64,000 nt of DNA from Hypanus sabinus. Lineage: Eukaryota. The position numbers were made by a program, and so were the translations under genes. The notes under the pieces were generated by a model that worked only from the letters and a program-made list of their open reading frames with translations, was not told where the DNA came from and made no database searches. Where the stretch lies: positions 15,252,001 to 15,316,000 of the forward strand of contig NC_082730.1 of assembly GCF_030144855.1 (NCBI RefSeq). The letters run 5' to 3'. Positions 37,355 through 50,754 of this stretch are shown piece after piece. Within the stretch, counting starts at the first letter, position 1. Every line of letters begins with the position of its first letter.

Positions 37355-39050
37355 TAAGTTTGAAATTACTTGGTTATATTCTGTGTAGGAAGGAAGGGTG
37401 AGATTGATCATTGAGTATAGATTGGCACAATATTGTGTGCCGAAGGGCCCGAACTTTGCTGTACTGTTCTACAATGCTGATAAAATGAATTCACTCCCCT
37501 TGAAAGTTTTCAAGCTTTATTGTATTACATTTTTATATGCAGTTTTATATGCTGTTAATGCATTTCATTGGAATACTATGAAGGTATGCATAACATGTTG
37601 AGTGATGTTTCTGTGTTTTCTGATTTATGGGCAATAATGACTCTTCGGTATCTGTAAAAACAGACCCATTCATTACTCAGAGACAGTCTGCATGGAGGTT
37701 GGTTAAGACTGATCAATTGATAGGTAAGGTCCTCCCTTCCAATGAGCATGTCTATGAAGGGGTGCTACCACAAGAAAGCAGGATCCATTATCATGTGAGG
37801 AGGTGAAGCAATAACACCAGAGTCTGTTTGGAGCTCTTGATCTCTTCAGCTCAGGGTTATCTGATGGGTGTTGATTAGCTGCAGATAATTCCAGATGCAG
37901 TCGTCCCAATTATGAATCTGGAGCTGTTAAACTTGAGCTCACTAATTGTCTGAGGGAAGGAACTTGCTTCTGATTTTTCTGATGCAAAACAACAAATTTA
38001 ACTTCAGAAGACCGTGGAAATAAACCTAATTCTGATTCTGAATGGGACCCTTTCCCTGTCCCAGGGCATCCCAAAGCATCCCTTCAAAGGATGTGGCTCG
38101 AACTTCTGTGTTCTTTACTTATAAAGCAGAATATAGTTAAGTACCAATGGATGCCTCGCGTAAACAAACTGTTGCAGCCACTCCCTGCACTGCTCTATTA
38201 TTTCGATCATAAGACAATGACACATAGTGGAAGAAGAAGGCCATTCAGCCCATTGAGTCTGTATCACCATTCTATAATGGCTCATTTCTTGTCCACCACA
38301 ACCCCATTCTCTCAGTAACATTTGACATCCTTACTGAACAAAAACCTATCAAGCTTTGCTTTAAATATATCCAAGGACGTAGCCACCCCAGCCATCTGCG
38401 ATAATAAATTCCACAGAATCAGTACCTTTTGGTCAGGGACTCTTCTACCAGGGGAAACATCCTCTCCACATGAACAACACACACAAAATGCTGGTGGAAC
38501 ACAGCAGGCCAGGTAGCATCTATAAAGAGAATCACTGTCGACGTTTCAGGCCGAGACATAAACTGCATCCGAAGTCTAGGCCTTTCACTTTTCAAGAGGT
38601 TTCAATGAGAACTCTTCCCCAGTTCTTTGAAACTCAAGCAAGTACAGTCCCTGAGCCATCAGACACTCCTCATATATTTACCGTTTCATTCCAGGGATTG
38701 TACTCAGGAACATCCACTAGACCTTCTCCAATTACAGCACATCCTTTAAAAGATAAGGAGCCAAAAACTGTTCACCATATTCCATGTGCAGTCTGACCAA
38801 TTCCTCATAAAGCTGCAGTTTTTGTAGGACTTCTCAACAACGAAATGGAAAATGTTTTACAATCACCTGTTGTATTTAAAGGTATGCACGTAATTGGAAT
38901 TAGGTTTAAACACAATGGTTAAATGACTGCTTCACTTTTCTTCACCAAATTACTATTGCTGCTCAGCGATCTAGTTGCTGAAACAACAATTGCTTTGCTG
39001 AAGATGCTTTGATCTCTGCACTTGTACTCATAAGTATATTGAACCATAGT

Positions 39051-39991
39051 TAGAAACATAGAAACAAAGAAAACCTACAGCACAATACAAGCCCTTCAGC
39101 CCACAAAGCTGTACAGAACATGTCCATACCTTAGAAAATACCTAGGGTTACTCAGAGCACACTGGTTTTCTAAGCTCCATGTACTTATCCAGGAGTCTCT
39201 TCAAAGACCCTTTCGTATCCACCACCACCAACTTCACTGGCAGCCCATTCCATGCACTCAACACTCTCTGCGTTTAAAATTATACCTGACATCTCCTCTG
39301 TACCTACTTCCAAGCAACTTTTAACTTTGCCCACTCGTACTAGCCATTTCAGCCCTGGGAAAAAGTCTCTGACTATCCACACAATCAATGCCTCTCATCA
39401 TCTTGACACCTCTCATCTTCTGTCACTCCAAGGAGAAAAGACCGAGTTCACTCAAACTATTCTTTTAAGGCATGCTCCCCAATCCAGGCAACATCCTTGT
39501 AAATCTCCTCTGCACCCTTTCTAAGGTTTCCACATCCTGAGGTGACCAGAACTGAGCACAGTACTCCAAGTGGGGTCTGACAAGGGTCCAATATAGTTGC
39601 AATATTACTTTTGGCTCCTAAACTCAATCCCACGATTGATGAAGGCCAATGCACTGTATGACTTCTTAACTATAGAGTCAACCTGTGCAGCAGCTTTGAG
39701 TGTCCTATGGACTCAGACCCCAAGATCCCTCTGATCCTCCACACTTCCAAGAGTCTTACCATTAATACTATATTCTGCCATCATATTTGACCTACCAAAA
39801 TGAACCACCTCACACTTATCTGGGTTGAACTCCATCTGCCACTTCTCAGTCCAGTTTGGCATCCTATCAACGTCCCGCTGTAACCTCCGACAGTCCTCCA
39901 CACCATCCACAATACCCCCAATCTTTGTGTCTTCAGCAAATTTACTAACCCATCCCTGCACTTCCTCATCCAGGATATTTATAAAAATGAC
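39051..39991 (-). mobile_element. CR1 3' fragment (RT remnant)
   Basis: ORF 39713-40063 SKFAEDTKIGG...WQMEFNPDKCEVVHFG; tail tagaaacatagaaac. Confidence 0.85.
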
Positions 39992-40679
39992 CTTTGAGAA
40001 GTTTTCCAGGAAGAGATGGTGCAATGCAGTAAGAGACCGGAGCAACAGGTCAATGTGTAGCATCTGTTGTTACTTCTCTATATTCTGTTTGGTAGAAAAT
40101 TAAAGTTCTGACCACATCCTTCACTGAGGTGAACATTACACAGATGACAGCAGTGACTGATGCAACAGAGTCAGCACTCATACTATACAATGTACAGAAT
40201 TTAAGCAGATATACATTCATAGCTAATATATATCACTCATTTCCCCTAAAACAAATGTAACAAACCTTAAGTAACCAAAGCTCTCCTTGTATATTGAATT
40301 ATTTTATTATTTATCTTTTTATATACAATGTGAAATTAAGAGTTTATAAACAATTGCAAAGTGAGATTCACACACTCGTGTCTGTGTAGCAACAAAAATA
40401 CATGAAAGTATAAATAACCTACATTCTTGGATCACCTCAACCCTTGCACTAGGATGAAAATCAAAAGCAGCACACACAAAATACTGGACGAACACAGTAG
40501 GATGAAGTTAATTTATTTCGGTCAGTAAAAACATAACAAAAAGCATCATTTACAACAATGATTTCATAGGACAAAACTGCAACAAAAACATATATATTCT
40601 TTAAAAGAGACCGAAAGGGTGTAAGCTGAAGCTACAACTTATTACGCCTACCACCCTTACTTACATAAATTGCAGCAAG

Positions 40680-43600
40680 AGGCGGAGAGGGAAGAGGTAA
40701 AAGAAGCCTGGAGAGAAGCTGTTTATTTTAACCAATTGCGGCAAAGAGGCTAGACTGCGCAGGCGCGTGACGTAGCGCGCCAAAGGTTTAAAAAGAAAGA
40801 CCGCCATATACAGCGGCAATTGTTGGAGTGAGACGGCTTTGGCTCAATCAGGCTTCAGCAAAAACAGGCAGAGGCGAGCTTTGAACGGGACACGACTGCG
40901 CAAGTGCGTGAAAGTCGGCCCGTGAGGCAGTGGGAGAATTTAAAAAGCGAGCAGAGGCTGAGTACGAGCTTCACTCCAGGTGAGGTAAGGCCGGGTAAGC
41001 TCCTTTAATTAATCTAATTAGATTAGAAGTAGGTAATGGAGGCAGCAGTTAGGGCAGTTGAGTGCTCCGTTTGCAGGATGTGGTAAGTCAGGGCGAGCAC
41101 TGTTGTCCCTGATGACTACACCTGCAAAAGGTGCGTCCAGCTGCAGCTCTTGACAAACCGTGTTAGGGAACTGGAGCTGGAGCAGGAAGAACTTCAGATC
41201 ATTCGGGAGGCAGAGGTAGAAATAAACAGGAGTTACAGGGAGATAGTCACTGCTAAGAGTCAGGAGACAGGTAGCTGGGCGACTTTCAGGAGAGGGAAGG
41301 GGAATAGACAAGAAGAGTAGAGCACCCCTGTGGCCGTTCCCATCAACAATAAGTATACTGTTTTGGATACTGTTGGTGGGAATGACCTGCCAAGGACAAG
41401 TTGCATCTCTGGCACCGAGACTGGACCCTCAGCTCAGAAGGGAAGGAGGGAAAAGAGGAGAGCAGTAGTGATAGGGGATCCGATAGTTAGGAGGACAGAT
41501 AGGAGGTTGTGGGGAAGAGATCGAGAATCCCAGATGGTCTGTTGCTTCCCTGGTTCCAGGGTCCGCGAGTTCTCAGTATTCTCAAGAGGGAGGGAGAGCA
41601 GCCAGATGTCATGGTCCATGTAGGGACCAATGACGTGGGTAGGAAGAGTGAAGAAGTCCTGAAAGGTGAGTTTAAGGAGCTAGGTGCCAAGTTAAAGGAC
41701 AGGACATCCAGGATAGCAATCTCAGAATTGCTACCAGTGCCACGTGCAGGTGGGTTTAGAAATAATAAGATAGTGTAGATCAGCACGTGGCTGAAGGCAT
41801 GGCACAGGAGGGAGGGCTTCAGATTTATAGATAATTGGGCAGTTTTCCAGGGAATGTGGGACCTGTTCCATTGGGACAGTTTATATCTGAACTGGAGGGG
41901 GACAAATATTCTTGCAGGTAGATTTGCTAGAGAGGCTCCAGTGCATTTAAACTAAATATGAGGGGGGCCCAGAGTGTAGGAATAGATGTATGGGAGAAGG
42001 AAGAAAAAGAAGATCGTAAAGTTGTTTGCACCGTTAGAGATAAACAGAGAGGAAGAGGTGGAGAATTTCTTAAATGCATTTATTTTAATGCTAGGAGCAT
42101 TGTAAGAAAGGTGGATGAGCTTAGAGCATGGATTGATTCCTGGAAATATGATGTTGTAGCTATTAGTGAAACATGGTTACAGGAGGGGTGTGATTGGGAA
42201 CTAAATGTTCCTGGATTTCATTGCTTCAGGTGCGATAGGATCAGAGGGACAAGAGGGATAGGTGTTGCGTTGCTTGTCAGAAAATATTATAAATGGTGGT
42301 TCTCTGGCAGGATAGATTAGAGGGCTCATCTAGGGAAACTATTTGGGTGGAATTCAGGAATGGGAAAGATGTAGTAACACTTATAGGGGCGTATTATAGA
42401 CCACCTAATGGGGAGCGAGAATTGGAGGAGCATATTTGCAAGGAGGTAGCAGATATTTGTAGTAAGCACAGGGTTGTGATTGTGGGAGATTTTAATGTTG
42501 CACACATAGACTGGGAAGCCTATACTGTAAAAGGGAAGGATGGTTTGAAGTTGGTAAAATGTGTGGAGGATAGTTTTTCTTTTGTAGCAATACATAGAGG
42601 TACCAACTAGAGAAGGGGCAGTGTTGGATCTCCTGTTAGGGAATGAGATATGTCAGGTGATGGAGGTATCTATTGGAGAGCACTTCAGGTCCAGTGATCA
42701 CAATGCCATTAGTTTCAAAATAATTATAGAGAACGATAGGACTGGACCCAGGGTTGAGATTTTTGATTGAAAAAAGGCTAACTTTGAGGCGATGTGAAAG
42801 GATTTAGAAGGAGTGGAATGGGACTATTTGTTTTATGGGAAGGATGTAATAGAGAAATGGAGGTCATTAAAAGGCTAATTCCCAGGATGGCAGGACTGTC
42901 ATAAGTTGAAAGATTGGAGCGACTGGGCTTGTATATACTGGAATTTAGAAGGATGAGAGGGGATCTGATTGAAATATAAGATTAAGGGATTGGACATGCT
43001 GGAAAAATGTTCCTGATGTTGGGGAAGTCCAGCACCAGAGGCCACAGTTTAAAAATAAGGGGTAGGCCATTTAGAACAGAGTTGAGGAAAAACTTTTTCA
43101 CCCAGAGAGTTGTGGATCGATGGAATGCTCCACCTCAGAAGGCAGTGGAGGCCAATTCTCTAGATGCTTTCAAGAAAGTTAGATAGAGCTCTTAAAGACA
43201 GCAGAGTCAAGGGATATGGGAGAAGGCAGGAACAGGGAACTAATTATGGATGTCAGGAACAGGGACAGGATTGGACCCAAATGCAGGACACAGGAACTGA
43301 AGTACTAGGGGTAGGACAGGAGGGGGAGGCCAGGGCATGCAAGAGGTAATGCAGACGTGGCTGGATCCAGGAGGTCAGGTGAGGCGGGACGACCCCAGCA
43401 TTCAGACGAGGCAGGAGGACCCATGGGAAACAAGGGGAGGAAAGGGTAGGCGTCCTCAGTGCAGGCCGCATGGATCCCAGGCAGGGCCACCTCCCAGGTG
43501 GAAAAACAGAGGCCTGGGCAAGGTGCAGGGCACAACCCTTAGGGAGCAATGGTTGGAAGGGGCAGAACCTCAGCCAGGCAGCAACAATACAGCCAGACCT

Positions 43601-44050
43601 GCCCGATGGAGGCAAGGGATCAGAAGGAAGCTGGGCCCAGGGTGAGCAGCAGGACTACCGTGATACACCAGTAAATTGGGAAAGGCAACCGACAGCATGA
43701 CAGCACAGGCAAGGCAAATAAGGCAGAACAGTGGGACTAGCACACATTAGAGAAGCAGGGGAACAAGACCAGGCCAGCAACCATGGCACAGCAGGATTCA
43801 CAGTTGTGGACAACCCCACAATTAGGCTCAGTCCCCGAGCCCCTTATAAACATCTGCCCCCTAATAGGCACCAGGTGTACCTCCTTAAACCAAGATAATC
43901 CAATGGCTCCAGGTGACAGGAGGGCTGGCTGCAAGGCCCGGAGTCTGGAGTCCGCGGACCGGAGCAAGGCCCAGAAGGCAGATTCAGGACCGGACCCTAA
44001 CATTGGATGATCAGCCATGATCACACAGAATGGCAGTGCTGCACCTATTG
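40680..44050 (+). mobile_element. CR1 with 5' UTR, ORF1 (Cys finger and SGNH esterase) and endonuclease; RT deleted; 3' tail split by a solo LTR
   Basis: ATG 41036 MEAAVRAVECSVCRMW..YTCKRC; VVIGDPIV and VHVGTNDV (esterase); CIYFNARS, AISETWL, VGDFN (APE); abrupt jump near 42872 to a CR1 3' end (RLIPGMAGLS), possibly of another copy. Confidence 0.85.
43251..44002 (-). mobile_element. Solo LTR (752 bp)
   Basis: tgtcagg...ccctaaca; flanks atgga/ttgga (4/5 TSD); removing it restores the CR1 tail; termini related in reverse to 59562-60088. Confidence 0.82.
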
Positions 44051-45388
44051 TCTATTGTCTTATCAATTTCAACATCATTTATTCTAAGTTTACGATATGA
44101 GTTTGGTACATGGTTTCCAAATATTGTGAATTTAGTTTTACTTAGAATTACTTTAAATGAATAGTTAGTCAAGGTTTCAGTCCGAGGCCCTTCTTTAACC
44201 AGTTCTCACCCACCTGGTGCTTCTCCCTGGGCCCCTCCTCCTTTTACTCCTATGGTCCACTTTCCTCTCCTGTCAGCTTTCTCCTTTTACAGCATTTACA
44301 ACTGTTTCCATCCAGCTGGCATCACCGATCACTTTCCAGATAGCCTTCCTCTCCTCCCCCATCTTTTGTTTCAGACAATTTTCTCACTTTCTTCTAAGAC
44401 CTGAGTAAGAGCCTCGGACTGAAATGTCGACAATCTATTCATTTCCACAGATGCTGCCTGACCTGCTGAGTTCCCTCCAGCATTTTCTGTGTGTTGGTTT
44501 GGATTTCCAGCATCTGCAGATTTTCTTGTGCTTACAATGAAATCAAGGTTGAAGAATTAACACAGTTCAGTTAAAATTCAAGATCACTCCGAGAAGTGGA
44601 GACTCTCTGTGGGCCTCCAATGGTACTTATCAAATATTCCCATTTAGGACTGCTACATTTAATTTCATGACATACTGTATGTCGGAGATATTAAAACAAA
44701 TTCAGATTCTGATTCTGTATATGTGTGACATGTGAGAACTGTTATCACTTGTGCTGAAGCTCTCCTCTCCTCACATTTAACCATAGAAAAGTGCAATTCC
44801 ATCAGAGCCTTTGAAATTGCACCGACAGATGGAATAGAATTCAGAAGAGCTGAGCTTTAAAGTTTCCTTCAAAGAGCAGATACAGCCTTCAGAGAAGAGA
44901 GGGAATGAAGTGAAATATCGTATGCCGAGTTTGCATGAAAAGCATTTCTACATCACACCTATTTCCTACTTTGCTCCCTCCTCAACAACAAGTTCCCCAA
45001 AACATTGAATTATCAGAATCAAAACCGGAATCAGAATCAGGTTTATTATCACCGCATGTGTTGTGAAATTTGTTGACTTAGCAGCAGCAGTTCAATGCAA
45101 TACATAATATGGAGAAAGAGAAAAAAATAATTAAATAAATAACCTACAGTTTACATATACTAAATAGATTAAATTTTGTGCAAAAACATAAATAATATAT
45201 ATTTAAAAAGTGAGATAGTCTTCACACATTCAATGTCCATTTAGGAATCAGATGGCAGAGTGGAAGAAGCTGTTCCTGAATCGCTGAGTGTGTGCGTTTA
45301 GGCTTCTGTATCTCCTAGCTGATGGTAACAATGAGAAAAGGGTGTACCCTGGGTGCAGGGGGTGCCAAAGCAAGATCCAGAATCATAG

Positions 45389-47637
45389 ACACGAGGAAAT
45401 CTGCAGATGCTGGAAATTCAAACAACAACACACACAAAATGCTGGTGGAACACAGCAGGCCAGGTAGCATCTATAGGGAGAAGCGCTGTCGACATTTCAG
45501 AGCGAGACCCTTTGTCAGGACTAACCGAAAGGAAAGATAGTAAGAGATTTGAAAGTAGTGAGGGGAGGGGGAAATACAATATGATAGGAGAAGACCGGAG
45601 GGGGTGGGATGAATCTCAGGCAGTGGGGGCCATCACCAACCTTATCAGCTCTGGGGATCTCCCATCCACTGCTACCAACCTCATAGTTCCCACATCCCGC
45701 ACTTCCCGTTTCTCCCTCCTACCCAAGATCCACAAACCTACCTGTTCAGGTAGACCTATTGTCTCAGCTTGCTCCTGCCCCACTGAACTCATTTCTGCAT
45801 ACCTGGACACTGTCTTATCCCCCCTTGTTCAATTTCTTCCTACCTATGTTCGTGACACTTCTCATGCTTTGAATTTTTTCAATGATTTTAAGTTTCCTGG
45901 CCCCCACCGCCTTATTTTCACCATGCATGTCCAGTCCCTATATACCTCCATCCCCCACCGAGATGGTCTCGAAGCTCTTCACTTTTTTTTTTGAATTCCA
46001 GCCCTAACCAATTCCCCTCTACCACCACTCTCCTCTGTCTAGTGGAATTAGTTCTTACTCTCAATAATTTCTCCTTTGGCTCCTCCCACTTCCTACAAAC
46101 CAAAGGTGTACCCATGGGCACCCGTATGGGTCCCAGTTATGCCTCCCTTTATGCTGGCTTTGTGGAACAGTCCATGTTCCAAGTCTATACCGGTATCCAT
46201 CCCCCTCTTTTCCTTCGCTACATCGACGACTGCATTGGCGCTGCCTCTTGCACGCATGCTGAGCTCGTCGACTTCATTAACTTTGCCTCCAACTTTCACC
46301 CTGCCCTCAAACTTACCTGGTCCATTTCCGACACTCCCATCCCCTTTCTTGATCTTTCTGTCTCCATCTCTGGAGATGGCCTATCTACTGCTATCTACTA
46401 TAAGCCTACAAACTCTCACGGCTACCTGGACTATTCCTCTTCCCACCATGTCTCTTGCAAAAATGCTATCCCCTTCTCACAATTCCTCTGACTCCACCAC
46501 ATCTGCTCTCAGGATGAGGCTTTTCATTCCAGGACGAAGGAGATGTCTTTCTTTTTCAAACAAAGGGGCTTCCCTTCGTCCACTATCAACTTTGCTCTCA
46601 AATGCATCTCTCCCATTTCCCACACATCTGCCCTCACCCCATCCACCTGCCACCCCACTCGGGATAGGGTTCCCCTTGTCCTTACCTACCACCCCACAAG
46701 CCTCCAGGTCCAACGTATAATTCTCCATAACTTCTACCACCTCCAACGGGATCCCACTACCAAACACATTTTTCCCTCCCCTCCTGCTTTTCACAGGGAT
46801 CACTCCCTACGCGACTCCCTTGTCCACTCGTGTCCCCCCCATCCCTTCCCATCGATCTCCCTCCTGGCACTTATCCTCATAAATGGAACAAGTGCTACAC
46901 CTGCCCTTACAGTTCCTCCCTCACAACCATTCAGGGCCCCAGACAGTCCTTCCAGGTGAGGCGACACTTCACCTGTGAGTCGGCTGGTGTGGTATACTGC
47001 GCCCCGGTGCTCCCGGTGTGGCCTTCTATATATTGGTGAGACCCAACGCAGACTGGGAGACCATTTCGCTGAACACTTACGCTCGGTCTGGCAGAAAAAG
47101 CAGGATCTCCCAGTGGCCACACATTTTAATTCTACGTCTCATTCCCATTCTGATATGTCTATCCATGGCCTCCTCTATTGTCAAAATGAATCCAAACTCA
47201 GGTTGGAGGAACAACACCTTATATACTGGGTAGCCTCCAAACTGATGGCATGAACATTGACTTCTCTAACTTCCGTTAATGCTCCTCCTCCCCTTCTTAC
47301 CCCATCCCTGACATATTTAGTTGTTTGTCTGTTCTCCATCTCCCTCTAGTGCTTCCCCCCTTTCTTTCTCCTGAGGCCTCCCGTCCCATGAACTTTTCCA
47401 TTATCCAGCTCTGTATCACTTTCGCCAATCTCCTTTCCAGCTCTTAGCTTCGTCCCACCCCCTCCGGTCTTCTCCTATCATTTTGCATTTTCCCCTCCTC
47501 CCACTACTTCCAAATTTCTTACAAACTTTCCTTTCGGTTAGTCTTGACGAAGGGTCTCGGTCCGAAACGTCAACAGCGCTTCTCCCTATAGATGCTGCCT
47601 GGCCTGCTGTGTTCCACCAGCATTTTGTGTGTGTTGT
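45389..47637 (+). mobile_element. 5'-truncated Penelope-like element (RT plus GIY-YIG endonuclease remnants) with inverted 5' pseudo-LTR
   Basis: RT LLPKIHKP..GRPIVS, GVPMGTRMGP, LRYIDD; GIY-YIG CSRCGLLYIGETQRRLGDHFAEH; 45415-45611 is the reverse complement of about 47448-47637; 13-bp TSD tccagaatcatag at 45376-45388 and 47638-47650. Confidence 0.9.
47538..47575 (+). ncRNA. Minimal type-I hammerhead-ribozyme-like motif in the PLE pseudo-LTR (core mutated in this copy)
   Basis: gtc-TTGACGA-a-ggg tctcgg tcc-GAAA-c-GTC; other copies supply the C of CUGA (tcctgac at 45512-45518 reverse, gtcctgat near 32057). Confidence 0.6.
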
Positions 47638-48915
47638 TCCAGAATCATAGAAAGCCTACAGCACAATACAGGCTCTTCGGCCCACAAAGCTGTGCAGAAC
47701 ATTTCCTTACTATAGAAATTACCTAGGGTTACCCTTAGCCCTCTATTTTTCTGAGCTCCATTTACCTATCCAGGTGTCTCTTAAAAGAACCTATCATATC
47801 TGCCTCCACCACCATTGATGGCAGCCCATTACATCCACTCTCCACTCTCTGTGTAAAAAAACTTACCCCTGACATCTCCTCTGTACCTTTTTCCAAGCAC
47901 CATAAAATTGTGCCCTCTGATGTACAAATATTGGAGGGTAAGTCCATTACTCTGAAATTTGGAACAGAAGGAGATGATAAAATAGCTGATAAAGAGTTTA
48001 TGGCAACAGACCAGCATTGTGCATATGAGAATTCATGTTGCAAATGTATAAAAATATGGTTAGGACACACTTGAGGTTGGTGTGCAATTGTGTTTGCAGC
48101 ATAACAAGAAGGATGTAAAAACATTAAAGGATTCCAGAAGAGGTCCAGCAGATTATTACCTGTATTAGAAGACCATAAGACATAAAAGACAAAGGAGAAG
48201 AATTATGTCATTCTTCCTATTGAGGCTATTCTACCATTCCTTCGTGGCTGATTTATTTTCTCTTTCAACCTTATTTCCCTGCCTTCTCCCCATAATCTTC
48301 GATGTCCTTACTATTCAAGAACTTATCAATCTCCACTTCAAATATACCCAGTGAATTGGCCTCCACAGCCATCTGTGGCAGTGAATTTGACAGATTCACC
48401 ATTCTCTAGCTCAATGAATTCATCCTCATCTCTGCTCTAAAGGAATGTGCTTATAGTCAGAGACTGTGCCCTCTGATCCTAGAACTTCCCATCACATCCT
48501 CTCCACATCCACTCTCTCTTGTCCTTTCAATATTCAATAAGTTTCAAAGAGATCCCCCTCATTCTTCTAATCTCCAGTGAGTACAGGTCCAGAGCCATCA
48601 AACTTTCTACTCACTCCCACAACACTCAACATGGGCTCTTTCTCTTTCCATCATTAACTGTTCACCGTGAACACTTTCCCTAATGATGCACTTCAGGAGT
48701 CAGATGGTCAATATTTCAGATTAATTCCCTGCTTCAGAACACCTGCAGTTATTTATTTTTATTTCAGATGAGAACTTTTACTGTTGCTTGTGTCTAATAT
48801 TTTAACACATCTCAGCATTTCATTCAGTTTTTGAGAATTGTTTAAACGTTCTTGTCCTGCTAAATATAACTAAAAGCTGTTCAGATTGTCACGTACCATG
48901 CACCAATTGTGTTAC

Positions 48916-48972
48916 TGTAGGTTTTTTTTTGATCAAGCTTCCTGCTGCCTTCTTCCTTTATTTTTATTTCAG
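48916..48972 (+). promoter_or_regulatory. Conserved ETS-like (cttcctg) and RUNX-like motif plus pyrimidine tract upstream of the leader exon
   Basis: gcttcctg at 48937-48944; paralogous copies carry TGTGGTTT and ACTTCCTG (32192-32216; 5186-5210 reverse). Could be a promoter or a splice acceptor. Confidence 0.4.
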
Positions 48973-49022
48973 ACATTTCTCTCCGAGGACAGAAAGGTCC
49001 TGGGTGTGTCTCTGTGAATAAA

Positions 49023-49062
49023 ATGCTGTGGCCATTGATTCTCCTGATTGGTTTCCTACCTG
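49023..49062 (+). CDS. Signal-peptide exon of CD300/pIgR-like (MDIR-like) receptor gene D (MLWPLILLIGFLP, phase 1)
   Basis: ATG...CCT G|gtgagt; joins in frame to VSGALWAE of the next exon. Confidence 0.88.
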
Positions 49063-50260
49063 GTGAGTTACAGACAGCACTGGACAACTGCATAATCAGT
49101 GTTGGCTTGGGGACCATACACTGTTTCCACAACTGTGCTTAAATACCTAGAGACACTAAAGGTGTCGAAAACTGGAGTTCAGAGTAACTCCTGGAGGAAC
49201 TCAGTGGGTCAGAGGGAGGGGAAATGTCAATGGTTTGGGTCGAGACTCTGCATCAAGTGTGAGTGGAGAGTGAGAGGATATCAGCAGGAGAGGGACAGGT
49301 GTGAAACTGGGTCCACAAGGTAGTGGGGGCCGAGGAGGGTGAAGTACGACAGGCAAATGGAATGGGGAGGTAAAGGGATGGAGTTTGGAGATGGGTGAGA
49401 GTGGGAGCAGATAAGGAGAAAAGAGGAACAGTGTGGAACCAGGTGTGGGGCGAATATGTCCACGTGGAGAAATCCCCTGAGCAGGAACATCAGTTCTACC
49501 ATTGCTGGAATCTGATTTCATTTTGCAGGGATCAGTGTGACAACCAATGTTATTGTCTTGAAATCAGTGTATTCCTGGGCCATTCCAGTGGGGCAATTAT
49601 GAGGGGTGATTGATAAGTTCATGCCCTAAGGTAGACGGTGTCAATTTTAGAAAACAGATTTATTTTTCAACATAGTTCTCGCCTACATTTATTCACTTAG
49701 TCCAGCGATTTTAGAGCATACAGATTTTGGACCTCCAGAAAGTGTCCACAGATGGGTGATTGATAAGTTTGTGACCTAAGGCAGAAGGGAATGAGTTATA
49801 CAGTTCTCCTTACATGCACATACAGGTCAACTCTTTGAGAGATTATGCAGAAAGTTTGAAGTTAATAACACATCTCCTTCTACAGTAGGTCACAAACTTA
49901 TCAATCACTCCAATAAGTTATTAACTGATGAGTAAAGACCTTTCTGATCCACATGGGATTTTGACAGTCTGGTAGTTGAACTTTATTATTGACATGTGGT
50001 TCGTCATTATTATTATTGATACATCTTTTTATAATTCCAGATATAATAAATAGGATTTAAGCGCTCAATGTATCCTAACAGTTATTGAAATGACACATAG
50101 ATTTCTAGACACTAAAGTACTAATGACCACTGTTGCATCACTTTCTAACTACACATAGAAATACTTGATAGGTACAATATTTAAAATTTGCTTCAGATCC
50201 AGAGGGCACAGTTTCAGACATCAAGAGGGGTTTCTCTGTGAAGTTTATAAAATTGTCTAT

Positions 50261-50262
<2 letters not shown>

Positions 50263-50314
<52 letters not shown>
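50263..50314. repeat. (AC)26 microsatellite in intron 1 of gene D
   Basis: Perfect AC repeat, ending 120 bp upstream of the V exon acceptor. Confidence 0.97.
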
Positions 50315-50316
<2 letters not shown>

Positions 50317-50433
50317 TGAAAGGCCAACATGTCTGGGGTAATTGAAAGTTCAACGCTGCCACTCTCTCTCAGTACTGAACTGGATTGCATTAAGATGCTC
50401 CTTTCCCCTCATATCTAAAAATGCCTCCCTCAG

Positions 50434-50754
50434 TTTCAGGTGCATTGTGGGCAGAGAAATATGTAAGAGGAGTTGTGGGAAGAGTGATCACAATCGATTG
50501 TCACTATGAAGCAAAGTACCGCTCACACACAAAGAATTGGTGCCATGGATGGACTCCGCAATGTTCAATTTTAGTGGAAACAAAAGGGCAACACGGACGG
50601 CGTGGACGAGTGTCAATCACAGATAACCCGGAACAGGGAATATTTACTGTTACTATGGAGGATCTTCGCTCTGGAGATACAGGATGGTACAGCTGTGGAA
50701 TTATAACACCAGGTGCCGATCCAATGTTTAATGTTCATCTACAAGTATTTGATG
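50434..50754 (+). CDS. IgV-type exon of gene D (CD300/pIgR/TREM-like, 321 nt, phase 1-1)
   Basis: ITIDCHY...KNWCHGWTPQCSIL (extra CX6C pair) ...GRVSITD...FTVTMEDLRSGDTGWYSCGI; acceptor ccctcag, donor G|gtaggt. Confidence 0.93.

Noticed and set aside
43164-44024. Several overlapping 60-120 aa ORFs
   Set aside because: They lie in a GC-rich solo LTR where open frames arise by chance.
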